Shown here in pieces: positions 12,358-26,323 of a DNA stretch of 64,000 bases. Position 1 is the first letter of the stretch. Each line of letters starts with the position of its first letter. This stretch comes from Eutreptiella sp. 'Long Island Sound 2002'. Lineage: Eukaryota > Protista > Euglenida. The notes beneath the pieces are model-generated. The model was not told the origin of the DNA. It made no database searches and saw only the letters and a program-made list of their open reading frames with translations. The stretch covers positions 108,810,001 through 108,874,000 of the forward strand of contig OZ038378.1 in NCBI GenBank assembly GCA_964036045.1, written 5' to 3'. The translations under genes and the position numbers were made by a program.

Positions 12358-15300
12358 TTGGAGGCGCAGGGGTTTCAACGGCTGAAGCAGAAACTGTTAG
12401 AGCAAGGGGTAGGGGCCGTGTCCGGCGGTCAACTTGGGCCCTGGGCCCGTCCGAAACACCATTGCTGCTTCACGACGGGTCAACACGCAGGAAGCCCCCG
12501 AGAGATTAAGATACGACCCTCTAGAGACGGCGATGAAGATGATTGCCCCCCGAAGTTGCCATTCATGTTGTGTCTATCACCAAACCGATGCTCTCGACCC
12601 CGCTTTTTGCCAAATAGCACAAACAAAAACACCCCTGGAGCATACAATGACCCTGCCACTATTCTGCTCCGCACCCTTGCTTCACACCATTTGCCACAAT
12701 GTTGTTTTTAAAACATATCTGCGTTGTTGCTCTGCGGTGCCACATCCTTGTCCCCTTTGGATAGTAAAATAAAATGGCACCATCAGGCTGAACGCAATTC
12801 CATTTCACCAAGAGGAGGGCACTGACAACTGACAATTGAATACGCAGCTTGGGGTACCATTAGCAATGGTGTTGTACCACCTACTCATCAATTAAGCCAA
12901 CTGCTCAACGGGCTGATGTGAGCATGGTTGAGAGCTGTATCCAAGAATGAGTTGCTAGAGGATTAGCAAAAGAGAGGGAATCAACGAAACCTCATAGATC
13001 CCCAAAAAAGTAGAGATTGCACCTAGCAAGCACCATGCACAAGTCACAGCCCTTGGCATCCCACAAGTACACATGAAGAGAGGGTTCAACTTCAACAACC
13101 ACCGCAAAACCAATTAGTGCAACCCCATGGAAGAGTCGCTATTAGTCGTTATTGGTGAAGAAGAACAAATGTACACGTTTTTTGATATGTGAACACCCTT
13201 GCTATGCACAAATGTGGTGTTTGTTCATGCACGCCACTGTCCCTTTGCCCTACTTCAAAATCACCAACAAACCAGACCATTTGCACCCTGCCATCATCTT
13301 TTGCTCATTGGCATAGCATTTAGTTGGAGTTGCACTGGGAACAAACAATGGCGTGAATCCAACATGCCAACTGCACCGTTGCTTGGCGTACTAAGACAGT
13401 GCATGCTGCAACTTCTCCATTATAAGAATGGCAAACCCAAACATACGCGTCCTGGGTGACACCACCTCGAGCGGGACAATCCGTAGTATGCATGCAAACA
13501 CCCATGACTCGCCATGTACCACATGTGCAATGTGAGGCATTGGTGTGGTAAAGCCGAAGAAAACCAACAAACGTGGGCTAGCTACCAACTCAACAATAGC
13601 TGAGTGAGGCCCACCCAATTCAGACAATGATGCATAACCAAGTGAAATGCAAAGTGTTCAGCGCTTATGCGTAAGTAGACGCTTATTTGCTGCTTTCTAT
13701 TGGGGATACTGCATGGACCGCCACACAAGTAGTGTTGGGCATGCCACACAAAAAGCATGCGCTACCGCAATGAGCACGGCCGAAATAGAGGTGCTCATTC
13801 CCAATGCATTGTATTGCTTTAGCAAACGCAAACCCCGTTGGAATAACAATATTTTGGCAATACACATTAGATGGTCCAAAACACAAACCAAACAACACAT
13901 TTGCTTCCATTGGTCGCATTGGCTCTCGCGCGATGGAGCAACTTGGTGCTGTCCCATGAAGGTGCCTACCACCAAACAGCTACTTTTGTGCCAAACTACG
14001 CCACCATTGCCGTCAACATATGGCGAGTAGGGCAGGCCACACTTGTTTGCATTGTTGGCTTGCTTAGCGACACTATCAAGGGAACGGTTTGTGGACACCG
14101 CAATACCTAGGGGATTGTCAAGGGTGTAGTCAAGTAGCAGCATTTGTGTGTCAACCACATCATCACCCACACACAAGAATTGGAACATGGTGGTCACCAC
14201 CTCTCTGGCGGTGATATTGAGGCCTTCCCCATTTTTCCGGTGCTGCTTGGTGAGGTGCTGATTAATCCACTCCTAGCAGTAGATTAATCCACTCCTAGGC
14301 CCATTCTGATCTCTCACTTTTGCGCCACTTTGCCATATGATAAGTGATGCGCAGTGCTGGCCGCACGTAGATAAACCGCCGACTCAGCTATCACTTGCTG
14401 GGTCCCAAAATGATGTATTTCCGGGCTAGCCCTACAATGCCATAAAAGTATACATGTGTGTGGGAGAAAACAAAGATGAACGGAGGAGCAGGGGGAGGGG
14501 GAGGCAAATCGGTGTGAATATGGAATCTAACGCTATGGCAGTGGTGGCAACATATTGCACAACACGTGCCACGGTACACGCATTGGGCTTGAGTTGCTAT
14601 CAGCGGTATGCCTCCTTGCTGCATGTCACCACACGACGGGTCTCGCAAGGGTTGCAAACACTAGTCTTGCCAAACATTTTAGGCGGTAGTGGCTGTCCCC
14701 TCTTTTTTTTCTCCCCTTGCCGTGGGTAGCAATGGTCGCCATCCCGAGAAGGGGCATAAATAGCATCATTGCGGGTCTTGAATACCTGAGGCACTTCAAC
14801 AGCACAAACTATATTGGCACGTTGATGACACATCAGAAAAATATGTGCGGTCTTGGATGCCACTATAGCTTGCTTTGCAACTGGAAGCAATGAGACATCC
14901 AAAGCAAGGTTTGGGCCATGACATACATCGCAAGACATTGCACAATGTTTGAAAGACTAAACGCAAACAGATGCAGCAAGTGGCTGGGAACAACCCCCTA
15001 ACCATGTCATCGAAAGCCCCCGGGAAGCACAATTGACCTCCCAAGAAGATGTTAATTTACCCTCCCCCTAGATGGCACATTTTACCCTCTTACAAAGTTA
15101 CAAATTACCCCGTTGGTATGTTACAAAATACCTCTCTAAACCAAAAACGGAAGAAATTATGCCCAGAATAGTAGAAAACTACCAGGTGGAGGGTAGATGT
15201 GTCAACTTGGGGGGTAAGTGTCACAATTGGGGTGGGAGTAATTCACCGTCCACCAAGCAACTGTGTGCAGGTTCACCATTAGTGTGGGTAGTGCACAATT

Positions 15301-16136
15301 GTGGCGTTGTGGCGAGGTGAGTTTGGATGTTGTATTGTGTATTGTTTGCAACCTTGCACACCCCTAACCTGCTACCCCTGACCCAAACCCTGACCATTTG
15401 CATTGGTCCTTCTGAAAAGCCCCCTGCGGACTAGGCAGATTCCCCATCCCCCATCCGACAAGTCCATCTCTGCCCGGCACCTGACCCCGCATGCAAAACA
15501 CCTTGCCTGCCTGAGGCAGGCTGTTACAATCCGGATTCTATTGTGACTATTTTGTCGTCTGGTTTGTACCTGTGGAGAAATGTATGTGCGGCACAGGAAA
15601 GGAGGTGTAGTCTCTGTTCCTGCTGGGGAGGTTTCAGTTCTGCCAGCCAACCCACTGGTTTCTCTCCCACACCCGTTCCAGTTTATGGCGGTGGCGCTTA
15701 CATTACAGGTGTGCCAATCTGCCCACCACCCCCTTTTTTGCAATCCCTACACTTAATGGAAATCTCCGTGGTTTTTACGGCACTTTGCGCACCCGCACGC
15801 CCCACGTCTGCGGCTCTACGCGTGCACACAGTGCACCCCAAGTTAGGAGTTATCCCTAAGGCACCTCTCTGTCGCTTGGCGTCATGTCAGGCCTGAGACT
15901 GTCCTGCAGGACTTGTGTCTGGATGACGATGCTTTTGTGTGCGCAGTACCCCATGCGCGTCACACCCGCTCTGGAAGCTGATCCACCGCCAAACAGTGCT
16001 CTGGAAGCTGATCCACTGCCAAACAGTTCCTTGTCGAAGTGGTGTACGAAGGAGCGTTTGAGAAATGTGCACCGCAACAGGCAATGGGCGCAACACCCAC
16101 ATATCAGACAGGTTTGTTGAACCCAATACCTCAGGT

Positions 16137-17132
16137 TCACATGGGCATAACTTCGGTTCGATATGTCCCAGAGCTCCACAACAGTAGCTGTGCCAAATGC
16201 CACGGCCCTGTAGGCAACGCGGCAGCGGCTGGGGTATAGCTGTTGCCAAAGGTCTCCAAATACCAGGTTCTGGTGGCGCGTGCGCGCTGCAGCAGGTTGG
16301 CAATTACGAACAGCAGCAGCAGCGCAGCGTTTGTGTCCGTCTTGAGAGCAGCGATGCACCCATACACAACGATTTCAAAGAAGTAATGAGGGCAGGCCAT
16401 GTGCTCAAAAGCCCGGCCGGTGGGGACCCGGTAGTGCCGCTCTTCACTGTGCAGGTTCATGCCGTGGGGTCTGATGGCAGCAAGGGACATGTGACATTCT
16501 ACCTGCCGGACACTGGCCACGGCAAAGAGCAGCAAGACTCCCAGCAGCACGGCCCAGTGCGGAGGCTCAGGGGAGACGGTCAGGGAGAGGTCCACGTGCG
16601 CAATGGTGAGTGCGGCGGCCATGTAAAACGTGCAGCCCGAAAAGAAGTTGAAAGCCGTGACCCTCTCACACAGGCTCCAGCGGTGGACAGCGAGGGTCTC
16701 CCACAGGCGGACCAGGCAGTGCACGAGGAGTAGCAGCAGCGACATGGGGAAAGGCTGGGGGGCCATGCCCGGGTGGGGCTTTAGGACATAGGACTCCGCT
16801 ACGTGGCCCCGCAGCCATTTGAAGGCATACATCACCAACAGATACGAGGGATGTGAGAAGAAGAAAGCGTTTGTGGGGGGGATGTTGAGGACATGGAAGC
16901 AGAGGCACATGAGACTGACCATGGCACCCACCAAATAGAACATCATGAACCCATGTTTACGGGTGATGATGCCCGTGGAGGGCTCCTTCTTGTGCACCCC
17001 ATACAATGTGACGTGGTCGGGGTGGGAGCCCCACTTGGCCCCCAACAGCAGCAGTGCGGCACCCCAGTAGACCGTGAGGATGAGGGGGAGACTGAAGACG
17101 AGCCCGTCCAGGCTCCACAAGACCCCAAGCAT
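16137..17132 (-). CDS. SRD5A3: Polyprenol reductase (copy 3)
   Basis: Same ORF with an in-frame 3-bp loss (SHRFDH to SHPDH). Confidence 0.88.
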   Translation of the reverse strand: MLGVLWSLDGLVFSLPLILTVYWGAALLLLGAKWGSHPDHVTLYGVHKKEPSTGIITRKHGFMMFYLVGAMVSLMCLCFHVLNIPPTNAFFFSHPSYLLVMYAFKWLRGHVAESYVLKPHPGMAPQPFPMSLLLLLVHCLVRLWETLAVHRWSLCERVTAFNFFSGCTFYMAAALTIAHVDLSLTVSPEPPHWAVLLGVLLLFAVASVRQVECHMSLAAIRPHGMNLHSEERHYRVPTGRAFEHMACPHYFFEIVVYGCIAALKTDTNAALLLLFVIANLLQRARATRTWYLETFGNSYTPAAAALPTGPWHLAQLLLWSSGTYRTEVMPM

Positions 17133-20100
17133 TTGGAGGCGCAGGGGTTTCAACGGCTGAAGCAGAAACTGTTAGAGCAAAGGGCAGGGGCCGTGTCCGG
17201 CGGTCAACTTGGGCCCTGGGCCCGTCCGAAACACCATTGCTGCTTCACGACGGGTCAACACGCAGGAAGCCCCCAAGAGATTAAGATACGACCCTCTAGA
17301 GACGGCGATGAAGATGATTGCCCCCCGAAGTTGCCATTCATGTTGTGTCTATCACCAAACCGATGCTCTCGACCCCGCTTTTTGCCAAATAGCACAAACA
17401 AAAACACCCCTGGAGCATACAATGACCCTGCCACTATTCTGCTCCGCACCCTTGCTTCACACCATTTGCCACAATGTTGTTTTTAAAACATATCTGCGTT
17501 GTTGCTCTGCGGTGCCACATCCTTGTCCTCTTTGGATAGTAAAATAAAATGGCACCATCAGGCTGAACGCAATTCCATTTCACCAAGAGGAGGGCACTGA
17601 CAACTGACAATTGAATACGCAGCTTGGGGTACCATTAGCAATGGTGTTGTACCACCTACTCATCAATTAAGCCAACTGCTCAACGGGCTGATGTGAGCAT
17701 GGTTGAGAGCTGTATCCAAGCATGAGTTGCTAGAGGATTAGCAAAAGAGAGGGAATCAACGAAACCTCATAGATCCCCAAAAAAGTAGAGATTGCACCTA
17801 GCAAGCACCATGCACAAGTCACAGCCCTTGGCATCCCACAAGTACACATGAAGAGAGGGTTCAACTTCAACAACCACCGCAAAAGCAATTAGTGCAACCC
17901 CATGGAACAGTCGCTATTAGTCGTTATTGGTGAAGAAGAACAAATGTACACGTTTTTTGATATGTGAACACCCTTGCTATGCACAAATGTGGTGTTTGTT
18001 CATGCACGTCACTGTCCCTTTGCCCTACTTCAAAATCACCAACAAACCAGACCATTTGCACCCTGCCATCATCTTTTGCTCATTGGCATAGCATTTAGTT
18101 GGAGTTGCACTGGGAACAAACAATGGCGTGAATCCAACATGCCAACTGCACCGTTGCTTGGCGTACTAAGACAGTGCATGCTGCAACTTCCCCATTATAA
18201 GAATGGCAAACCCAAACATACGCGTCCTGGGTGACACCACCTCGAGCGGGACAATCCGTAGTATGCATGCAAACACCCATGACTCGCCATGTACCACATG
18301 TGCAATGTGAGGCATTGGTGTGGTAAAGCCGAAGAAAACCAACAAACGTGGGCTAGCTACCAACTCAACAATAGCTGAGTGAGGCCCACCCAATTCAGAC
18401 AATGATGCATAACCAAGTGAAATGCAAAGTGTTCAGCGCTTATGCGTAAGTAGACGCTTATTTGCTGCTTTCTATTGGGGATACTGCATGGACCGCCACA
18501 CAAGTAGTGTTGGGCATGCCACACAAAAAGCATGTGCTACCGCAATGAGCACGGCCGAAATAGAGGTGCTCATTCCCAATGCATTGTATTGCTTTAGCAA
18601 ACGCAAACCCCGTTGGAATAACAATATTTTGGCAATACACATTAGATGGTCCAAAACACAAACCAAACAACACATTTGCTTCCATTGGTCGCATTGGCTC
18701 TCGCGCGATGGAGCAACTTGGTGCTGTCCCATGAAGGTGCCTACCACCAAACAGCTACTTTTGTGCCAAACTACGCCACCATTGCCGTCAACATATGGCG
18801 AGTAGGGCAGGCCACACTTGTTTGCATTGTTGGCTTGCTTAGCGACACTATCAAGGGAACGGTTTGTGGACACCGCAATACCTAGGGGATTGTCAAGGGT
18901 GTAGTCAAGTAGCAGCATTTGTGTGTCAACCACATCATCACCCACACGCAAGAATTGGAACATGGTGGTCACCACCTCTCTGGCGGTGATATTGAGGCCT
19001 TCCCCATTTTTCCGGTGCTGCTTGGTGAGGTGCTGATTAATCCACTCCTAGCAGTAGATTAATCCACTCCTAGGCCCATTCTGATCTCTCACTTTTGCGC
19101 CACTTTGCGATATGATAAGTGATGCGCAGTGCTGGCCGCACGTAGATAAACCGCCGACTCAGCTATCACTTGCTGGGTCCCAAAATGATGTATTTCCGGG
19201 CTAGCCCTACAATGCCATAAAAGTATACATGTGTGTGGGAGAAAACAAAGATGAACGGAGGAGCAGGGGGAGGGGGAGGCAAATCGGTGTGAATATGGAA
19301 TCTAACGCTATGGCAGTGGTGGCAACATATTGCACAACACGTGCCACGGTACACGCATTGGGCTTGAGTTGCTATCAGCGGTATGCCTCCTTGCTGCATG
19401 TCACCACACGACGGGTCTCGCAAGGGTTGCAAACACTAGTCTTGCCAAACATTTTAGGCGGTAGTGGCTGTCCCCTCTTTTTTTTCTCCCCTTGCCGTGG
19501 GTAGCAATGGTCGCCATCCCGAGAAGGGGCATAAATAGCATCATTGCGGGTCTTGAATACCTGAGGCACTTCAACAGCACAAACTATATTGGCACGTTGA
19601 TGACACATCAGAAAAATATGTGCGGTCTTGGATGCCACTATAGCTTGCTTTGCAACTGGAAGCAATGAGACATCCAAAGCAAGGTTTGGGCCATGACATA
19701 CATCGCAAGACATTGCACAATGTTTGAAAGACTAAACGCAAACAGATGCAGCAAGTGGCTGGGAACAACCCCCTAACCATGTCATCGAAAGCCCCCGGGA
19801 AGCACAATTGACCTCCCAAGAAGATGTTAATTTACCCTCCCCCTAGATGGCACATTTTACCCTCTTACAAAGTTACAAATTACCCCGTTGGTATGTTACA
19901 AAATACCTCGCTAAACCAAAAACGGAAGAAATTATGCCCAGAATAGTAGAAAACTACCAGGTGGAGGGTAGATGTGTCAAATTGGGGGGTAAGTGTCACA
20001 ATTGGGGTGGGAGTAATTCACCGTCCACCAAGCAACTGTGTGCAGGTTCACCATTAGTGTGGGTAGTGCACAATTGTGGCGTTGTGGCGAGGTGAGTTTG

Positions 20101-20911
20101 GATGTTGTATTGTGTATTGTTTGCAACCTTGCACACCCCTAACCTGCTACCCCTGACCCAAACCCTGACCATTTGCATTGGTCCCTCTGAAAAGCCCCCT
20201 GCGGACTAGGCAGATTCCCCATCCCCCATCCGACAAGTCCATCTCTGCCCGGCACCTGACCCCGCATGCAAAACACCTTGCCTGCCTGAGGCAGGCTGTT
20301 ACAATCCGGATTCTATTGTGACTATTTTGTCGTCTGGTTTGTACCTGTGGAGAAATGTATGTGCGGCACAGGAAAGGAGGTGTAGTCTCTGTTCCTGCTG
20401 GGGAGGTTTCAGTTCTGCCAGCCAACCCACTGGTTTATCTCCCACACCCGTTCCAGTTTATGGCGGTGGCGCTTACATTACAGGTGTGCCAATCTGCCCA
20501 CCACCCCCTTTTTTGCAATCCCTACACTTAATGGAAATCTCCGTAGTTTTTACGGCACTTTGCGCACCCGCACGCCCCACGTCTGCGGCTCTACGCGTGC
20601 ACACAGTGCACCCCAAGTTAGGAGTTATCCCTAAGGCACCTCTCTGTCGCTTGGCGTCATGTCAGGCCTGAGACTGTCCTGCAGGACTTGTGTCTGGATG
20701 ACGATGCTTTTGTGTGCGCAGTACCCCATGCGCGTCACACCCGCTCTGGAAGCTGATCCACCGCCAAACAGTGCTCTGGAAGCTGATCCACTGCCAAACA
20801 GTTCCTTGTCGAAGTGGTGTACGAAGGAGCGTTTGAGAAATGTGCACCGCAACAGGCAATGGGCGCAACACCCACATATCAGACAGGTTTGTTGAACCCA
20901 ATACCTCAGGT

Positions 20912-21910
20912 TCACATGGGCATAACTTCGGTTCGATATGTCCCAGAGCTCCACAACAGTAGCTGTGCCAAATGCCACGGCCCTGTAGGCAACGCGGCAG
21001 CGGCTGGGGTATAGCTGTTGCCAAAGGTCTCCAAATACCAGGTTCTGGTGGCGCGTGCGCGCTGCAGCAGGTTGGCAATTACGAACAGCAGCAGCAGCGC
21101 AGCGTTTGTGTCCGTCTTGAGAGCAGCGATGCACCCATACACAACGATTTCAAAGAAGTAATGAGGGCAGGCCATGTGCTCAAAAGCCCGGCCGGTGGGG
21201 ACCCGGTAGTGCCGCTCTTCACTGTGCAGGTTCATGCCGTGGGGTCTGATGGCAGCAAGGGACATGTGACATTCTACCTGCCGGACACTGGCCACGGCAA
21301 AGAGCAGCAAGACTCCCAGCAGCACGGCCCAGTGCGGAGGCTCAGGGGAGACGGTCAGGGAGAGGTCCACGTGCGCAATGGTGAGTGCGGCGGCCATGTA
21401 AAACGTGCAGCCCGAAAAGAAGTTGAAAGCCGTGACCCTCTCACACAGGCTCCAGCGGTGGACAGCGAGGGTCTCCCACAGGCGGACCAGGCAGTGCACG
21501 AGGAGTAGCAGCAGCGACATGGGGAAAGGCTGGGGGGCCATGCCCGGGTGGGGCTTTAGGACATAGGACTCCGCTACGTGGCCCCGCAGCCATTTGAAGG
21601 CATACATCACCAACAGATACCAGGGATTCGAGAAGAAGAAAGCGTTTGTGGGGGGGATGTTGAGGACATGGAAGCAGAGGCACATGAGACTGACCATGGC
21701 ACCCACCAAATAGAACATCATGAACCCATGTTTACGGGTGATGATGCCCGTGGAGGGCTCCTTCTTGTGCACCCCATACAATGTGACGTGGTCAAAGCGG
21801 TGGGAGCCCCACTTGGCCCCCAACAGCAGCAGTGCGACACCCCAGTAGACCGTGAGGATGAGGGGGAGACTGAAGACGAGCCCGTCCAGGCTCCACAAGA
21901 CCCCAAGCAT
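20912..21910 (-). CDS. SRD5A3: Polyprenol reductase (copy 4)
   Basis: Same ORF with GAA to GVA and SHPSY to SNPWY changes. Confidence 0.88.
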   Translation of the reverse strand: MLGVLWSLDGLVFSLPLILTVYWGVALLLLGAKWGSHRFDHVTLYGVHKKEPSTGIITRKHGFMMFYLVGAMVSLMCLCFHVLNIPPTNAFFFSNPWYLLVMYAFKWLRGHVAESYVLKPHPGMAPQPFPMSLLLLLVHCLVRLWETLAVHRWSLCERVTAFNFFSGCTFYMAAALTIAHVDLSLTVSPEPPHWAVLLGVLLLFAVASVRQVECHMSLAAIRPHGMNLHSEERHYRVPTGRAFEHMACPHYFFEIVVYGCIAALKTDTNAALLLLFVIANLLQRARATRTWYLETFGNSYTPAAAALPTGPWHLAQLLLWSSGTYRTEVMPM

Positions 21911-24900
21911 TTGGAGGCGCAGGGGTTTCAACGGCTGAAGCAGAAACTGTTAGAGCAAAGGGCAGGGGCCGTGTCCGGCGGTCAACTTGGGCCCTGGGCC
22001 CGTCCGAAACACCATTGCTGCTTCACGACGGGTCAACACGCAGGAAGCCCCCGAGAGATTAAGATACGACCCTCTAGAGACGGCGATGAAGATGATTGCC
22101 CCCCGAAGTTGCCATTCATGTTGTGTCTATCACCAAACCGATGCTCTCGACCCCGCTTTTTGCCAAATAGCACAAACAAAAACACCCCTGGAGCATACAA
22201 TGACCCTGCCACTATTCTGCTCCGCACCCTTGCTTCACACCATTTGCCACAATGTTTTTTTTGTAAAACATATCTGTGTTGTTGCTCTGCGGTGCCACAT
22301 CCTTGTCCCCTTTGGATAGTAAAATAAAATGGCACCATCAGGCTGAACGCAATTCCATTTCACCAAGAGGAGGGCACTGACAACTGACAATTGAAGAATT
22401 GGATTCCAACCCAGGTAACTTGATTAAAAGCTTGGGGTACCATTAGCAATGGTGTTGTACCACCTACTCATCAATTAAGCCAACTGCTCAACGGGCTGAT
22501 GTGAGCATGGTTGAGAGCTGTATCCAAGAATGAGTTGCTAGAGGATTAGCAAAAGAGAGGGAATCAACGAAACCTCATAGATCCCCAAAAAAGTAGAGAT
22601 TGCACCTAGCAAGCACCATGCACAAGTCACAGCCCTTGGCATCCCACAAGTACACATGAAGAGAGGGTTCAACTTCAACAACCACCGCAAAAGCAATTAG
22701 TGCAACCCCATGGAACAGTCGCTATTAGTCGTTATTGGTGAAGAAGAACAAATGTACACGTTTTTTGATATGTGAACACCCTTGCTATGCACAAATGTGG
22801 TGTTTGTTCATGCACGTCACTGTCCCTTTGCCCTACTTCAAAATCACCAACAAACCAGACCATTTGCACCCTGCCATCATCTTTTGCTCATTGGCATAGC
22901 ATTTAGTTGGAGTTGCACTGGGAACAAACAATGGCGTGAATCCAACATGCCAACTGCACCGTTGCTTGGCGTACTAAGACAGTGCATGCTGCAACTTCTC
23001 CATTATAAGAATGGCAAACCCAAACATACGCGTCCTGGGTGACACCACCTCGAGCGGGACAATCCGTAGTATGCATGCAAACACCCATGACTCGCCATGT
23101 ACCACATGTGCAATGTGAGGCATTGGTGTGGTAAAGCCGAAGAAAACCAACAAACGTGGGCTAGCTACCAACTGAACAATAGCTGAGTGAGGCCCACCCA
23201 ATTCAGACAATGATGCATAACCAAGTGAAATGCAAAGTGTTCAGCGCTTATGCGTAAGTAGACGCTTATTTGCTGCTTTCTATTGGGGATACTGCATGGA
23301 CCGCCACACAAGTAGTGTTGGGCATGCCACACAAAAAGCATGCGCTACCGCAATGAGCACGGCCGAAATATTTGCTCAGTCCCAATGCATTGTATTGCTT
23401 TAGCAAACGCAAACCCCGTTGGAATAACAATATTTTGGCAATACACATTAGATGGTCCAAAACACAAACCAAACAACACATTTGCTTCCATTGGTCGCAT
23501 TGGCTCTCGCGCGATGGAGCAACTTGGTGCTGTCCCATGAAGGTGCCTACCACCAAACAGCTACTTTTGTGCCAAACTACGCCACCATTGCCGTCAACAT
23601 ATGGCGAGTAGGGCAGGCCACACTTGTTTGCATTGTTGGCTTGCTTAGCGACACTATCAAGGGAACGGTTTGTGGACACCGCAATACCTAGGGGATTGTC
23701 AAGGGTGTAGTCAAGTAGCAGCATTTGTGTGTCAACCACATCATCACCCACACGCAAGAATTGGAACATGGTGGTCACCACCTCTCTGGCGGTGATATTG
23801 GGGCCTTCCCCATTTTTCCGGTGCTGCTTGGTGAGGTGCTGATTAATCCACTCCTAGCAGTAGATTAATCCACTCCTAGGCCCGTTCTGATCTCTCACTT
23901 TTGCGCCACTTTGCGATATGATAAGTGATGCGCAGTGCTGGCCGCACGTAGATAAACCGCCGACTCAGCTATCACTTGCTGGGTCCCAAAATGATGTATT
24001 TCCGGGCTAGCCCTACAATGCCATAAAAGTATACATGTGTGTGGGAGAAAACAAAGATGAACGGAGGAGCAGGGGGAGGGGGAGGCAAATCGGTGTGAAT
24101 ATGGAATCTAACGCTATGGCAGTGGTGGCAACATCTTGCACAACACGTGCCACGGTACACGCATTGGGCTTGAGTTGCTATCAGCGGTATGCCTCCTTGC
24201 TGCATGTCACCACACGACGGGTCTCGCAAGGGTTGCAAACACTAGTCTTGCCAAACATTTTAGGCGGTAGTGGCCGTCCCCTCTTTTTTTTCTCCCCTTG
24301 CCGTGGGTAGCAATGGTCGCCATCCCGAGAAGGGGCATAAATAGCATCATTGCGGGTCTTGAATACCTGAGGCACTTCAACAGCACAAACTATATTGGCA
24401 CGTTGATGACACATCAGAAAAATATGTGCGGTCTTGGATGCCACTATAGCTTGCTTTGCAACTGGAAGCAATGAGACATCCAAAGCAAGGTTTGGGCCAT
24501 GACATACATCGCAAGACATTGCACCATGTTTGAAAGACTAAACGCAAACAGATGCAGCAAGTGGCTGGGAACAACCCCCTAACCATGTCATCGAAAGCCC
24601 CCGGGAAGCACAATTGACCTCCCAAGAAGATGTTAATTTACCCTCCCCCTAGATGGCACATTTTACCCTCTTACAAAGTTACAAATTACCCCGTTGGTAT
24701 GTTACAAAATACCTCTCTAAACCAAAAACGGAAGAAATTATGCCCAGAATAGTAGAAAACTACCAGGTGGAGGGTAGATGTGTCAACTTGGGGGGTAAGT
24801 GTCACAATTGGAGTGGGAGTAATTCACCGTCCACCAAGCAACTGTGTGCAAGTTCACCATTAGTGTGGGTAGTGCACAATTGTGGCGTTGTGGCGAGGTG

Positions 24901-26323
24901 AGTTTGGATGTTGTATTGTGTATTGTTTGCAATAGTGACATGGCTGGCTGCTCCATGACAACACTGCGCTCTTAAGCTGCTCAGCATTGTGCTGCTAGGG
25001 TGATGAACAATGCATTATGGCATCTTTTCACCGTAGGACTGTCACGTTTGTCATATTCATCACACGTCAGTCAAGATCCTGACAACGTGCGGCTGCCACA
25101 CGCACTACTTCTAAAACAGTACCAATGCAATGTTGGCAAAACCCTGTAATCAGATAGCTGTCACAATCCTCAGTCGGGTCGTTAAGCGCCATTAGTGTGC
25201 ACATTGCGACTCTTTGGGCGCGAGGCTGCGGGCGCGCGGCTGAACCAGATAACCATACATTGTGATACTTTGGGCATCATTCTTGTTTGGCAGCAGGTTT
25301 TGTTGCTTCTTCAACATTGGGGATATGACATTTTCACATGTGCACCTATTTTCACCCGTTTCTCTTTTTCTCCATACGTTTTTCGATGATTGCCACCACA
25401 AGCACTCCTTTCTAGTTCATGTCTCACCACCATGGGAACCTGTAAAGGCAGGGGTGATGTAGCATTTTTGACTTCATTTAACCATTGGTTCCCTCGTCCC
25501 CTTTTGCGCATGCACGGCCTTGTCGAAGTACTAGGTGGGGTCGATGATTAGTCGCCCTTGATCTGCTATACTACTGGTCGTGTAGAAGGATTGCCTTGGC
25601 TACCATGGACACTAATGGATCGTTTGCACGCCCTCGTGAGGTTGCTTTCATTCCGCGTACACATAAGATTCTTCAATGCCTTGAGCACCGTATACGGCAA
25701 ACCGCAGGGTTTTTGCCGGAGAGGACTTCTTTAATAAAAGCTGGGATTGTAACAATATTTTCAAAAATTCTAGAAAATGAAAATCGTGGTACGTGCAAAA
25801 AGGCCCTTCTTTGAGAGACTACGGTGCAACAATGCCCATGCAAAATGCACTACTCGCATCGTGCATCTTGCCTATGTTTGCGGCGATGTTGCCAATGCGT
25901 ATATTCCCGAAGAATTTACGCTAGTTTCACCGGAATTGGATGCTAACATTTAGCATATGCGGGCACATGTTCCCCGTGCGGTGCACCACATGAAGTAACA
26001 AGTGCAAGCAAAACCATGGTGGCATCCGGGTGTCCTACGCCCGCCGCTTGCGGATTCTTAAACTTTATTTGAGGCTATGTACGTAGTTGAAGTCACTATC
26101 TATCCTCTTACGGGCGCGTGTGGCCAATTGCTGCGCAGTCAGGGGCCCTTAACCACGCATGGACCTCTTGGTGACATCCCACCCCTCTCCGATAAGGCTA
26201 TCATCTGTGGTGTGGTTGGCAGCGAGAACCTCCACACCTAGGCGCTAGCGTAGGATGTGTAGGCCACCGCTATTGCGCAAAGTGCGCTATAGCCTACGGT
26301 GGCCCGCTTCCATTCGATCCACG

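Larger units (their letters stand above)
5788..24932. repeat. Tandem array of four near-identical ~4.78-kb units
   Basis: Units start with ccttgcacacccctaac at 5788, 10574, 15352 and 20127 (lengths 4786, 4778, 4775, 4806). The array ends at ...gtttgcaa 24932. Copies differ by SNPs and small indels. Confidence 0.98.

Noticed and set aside
5788-24932. Tandem array as a pure assembly artefact, or as evidence of rolling-circle amplification
   Set aside because: Each unit has private SNPs and indels, and whole-number unit counts also arise from simple duplication plus unequal crossover. Read-level confirmation is still needed.
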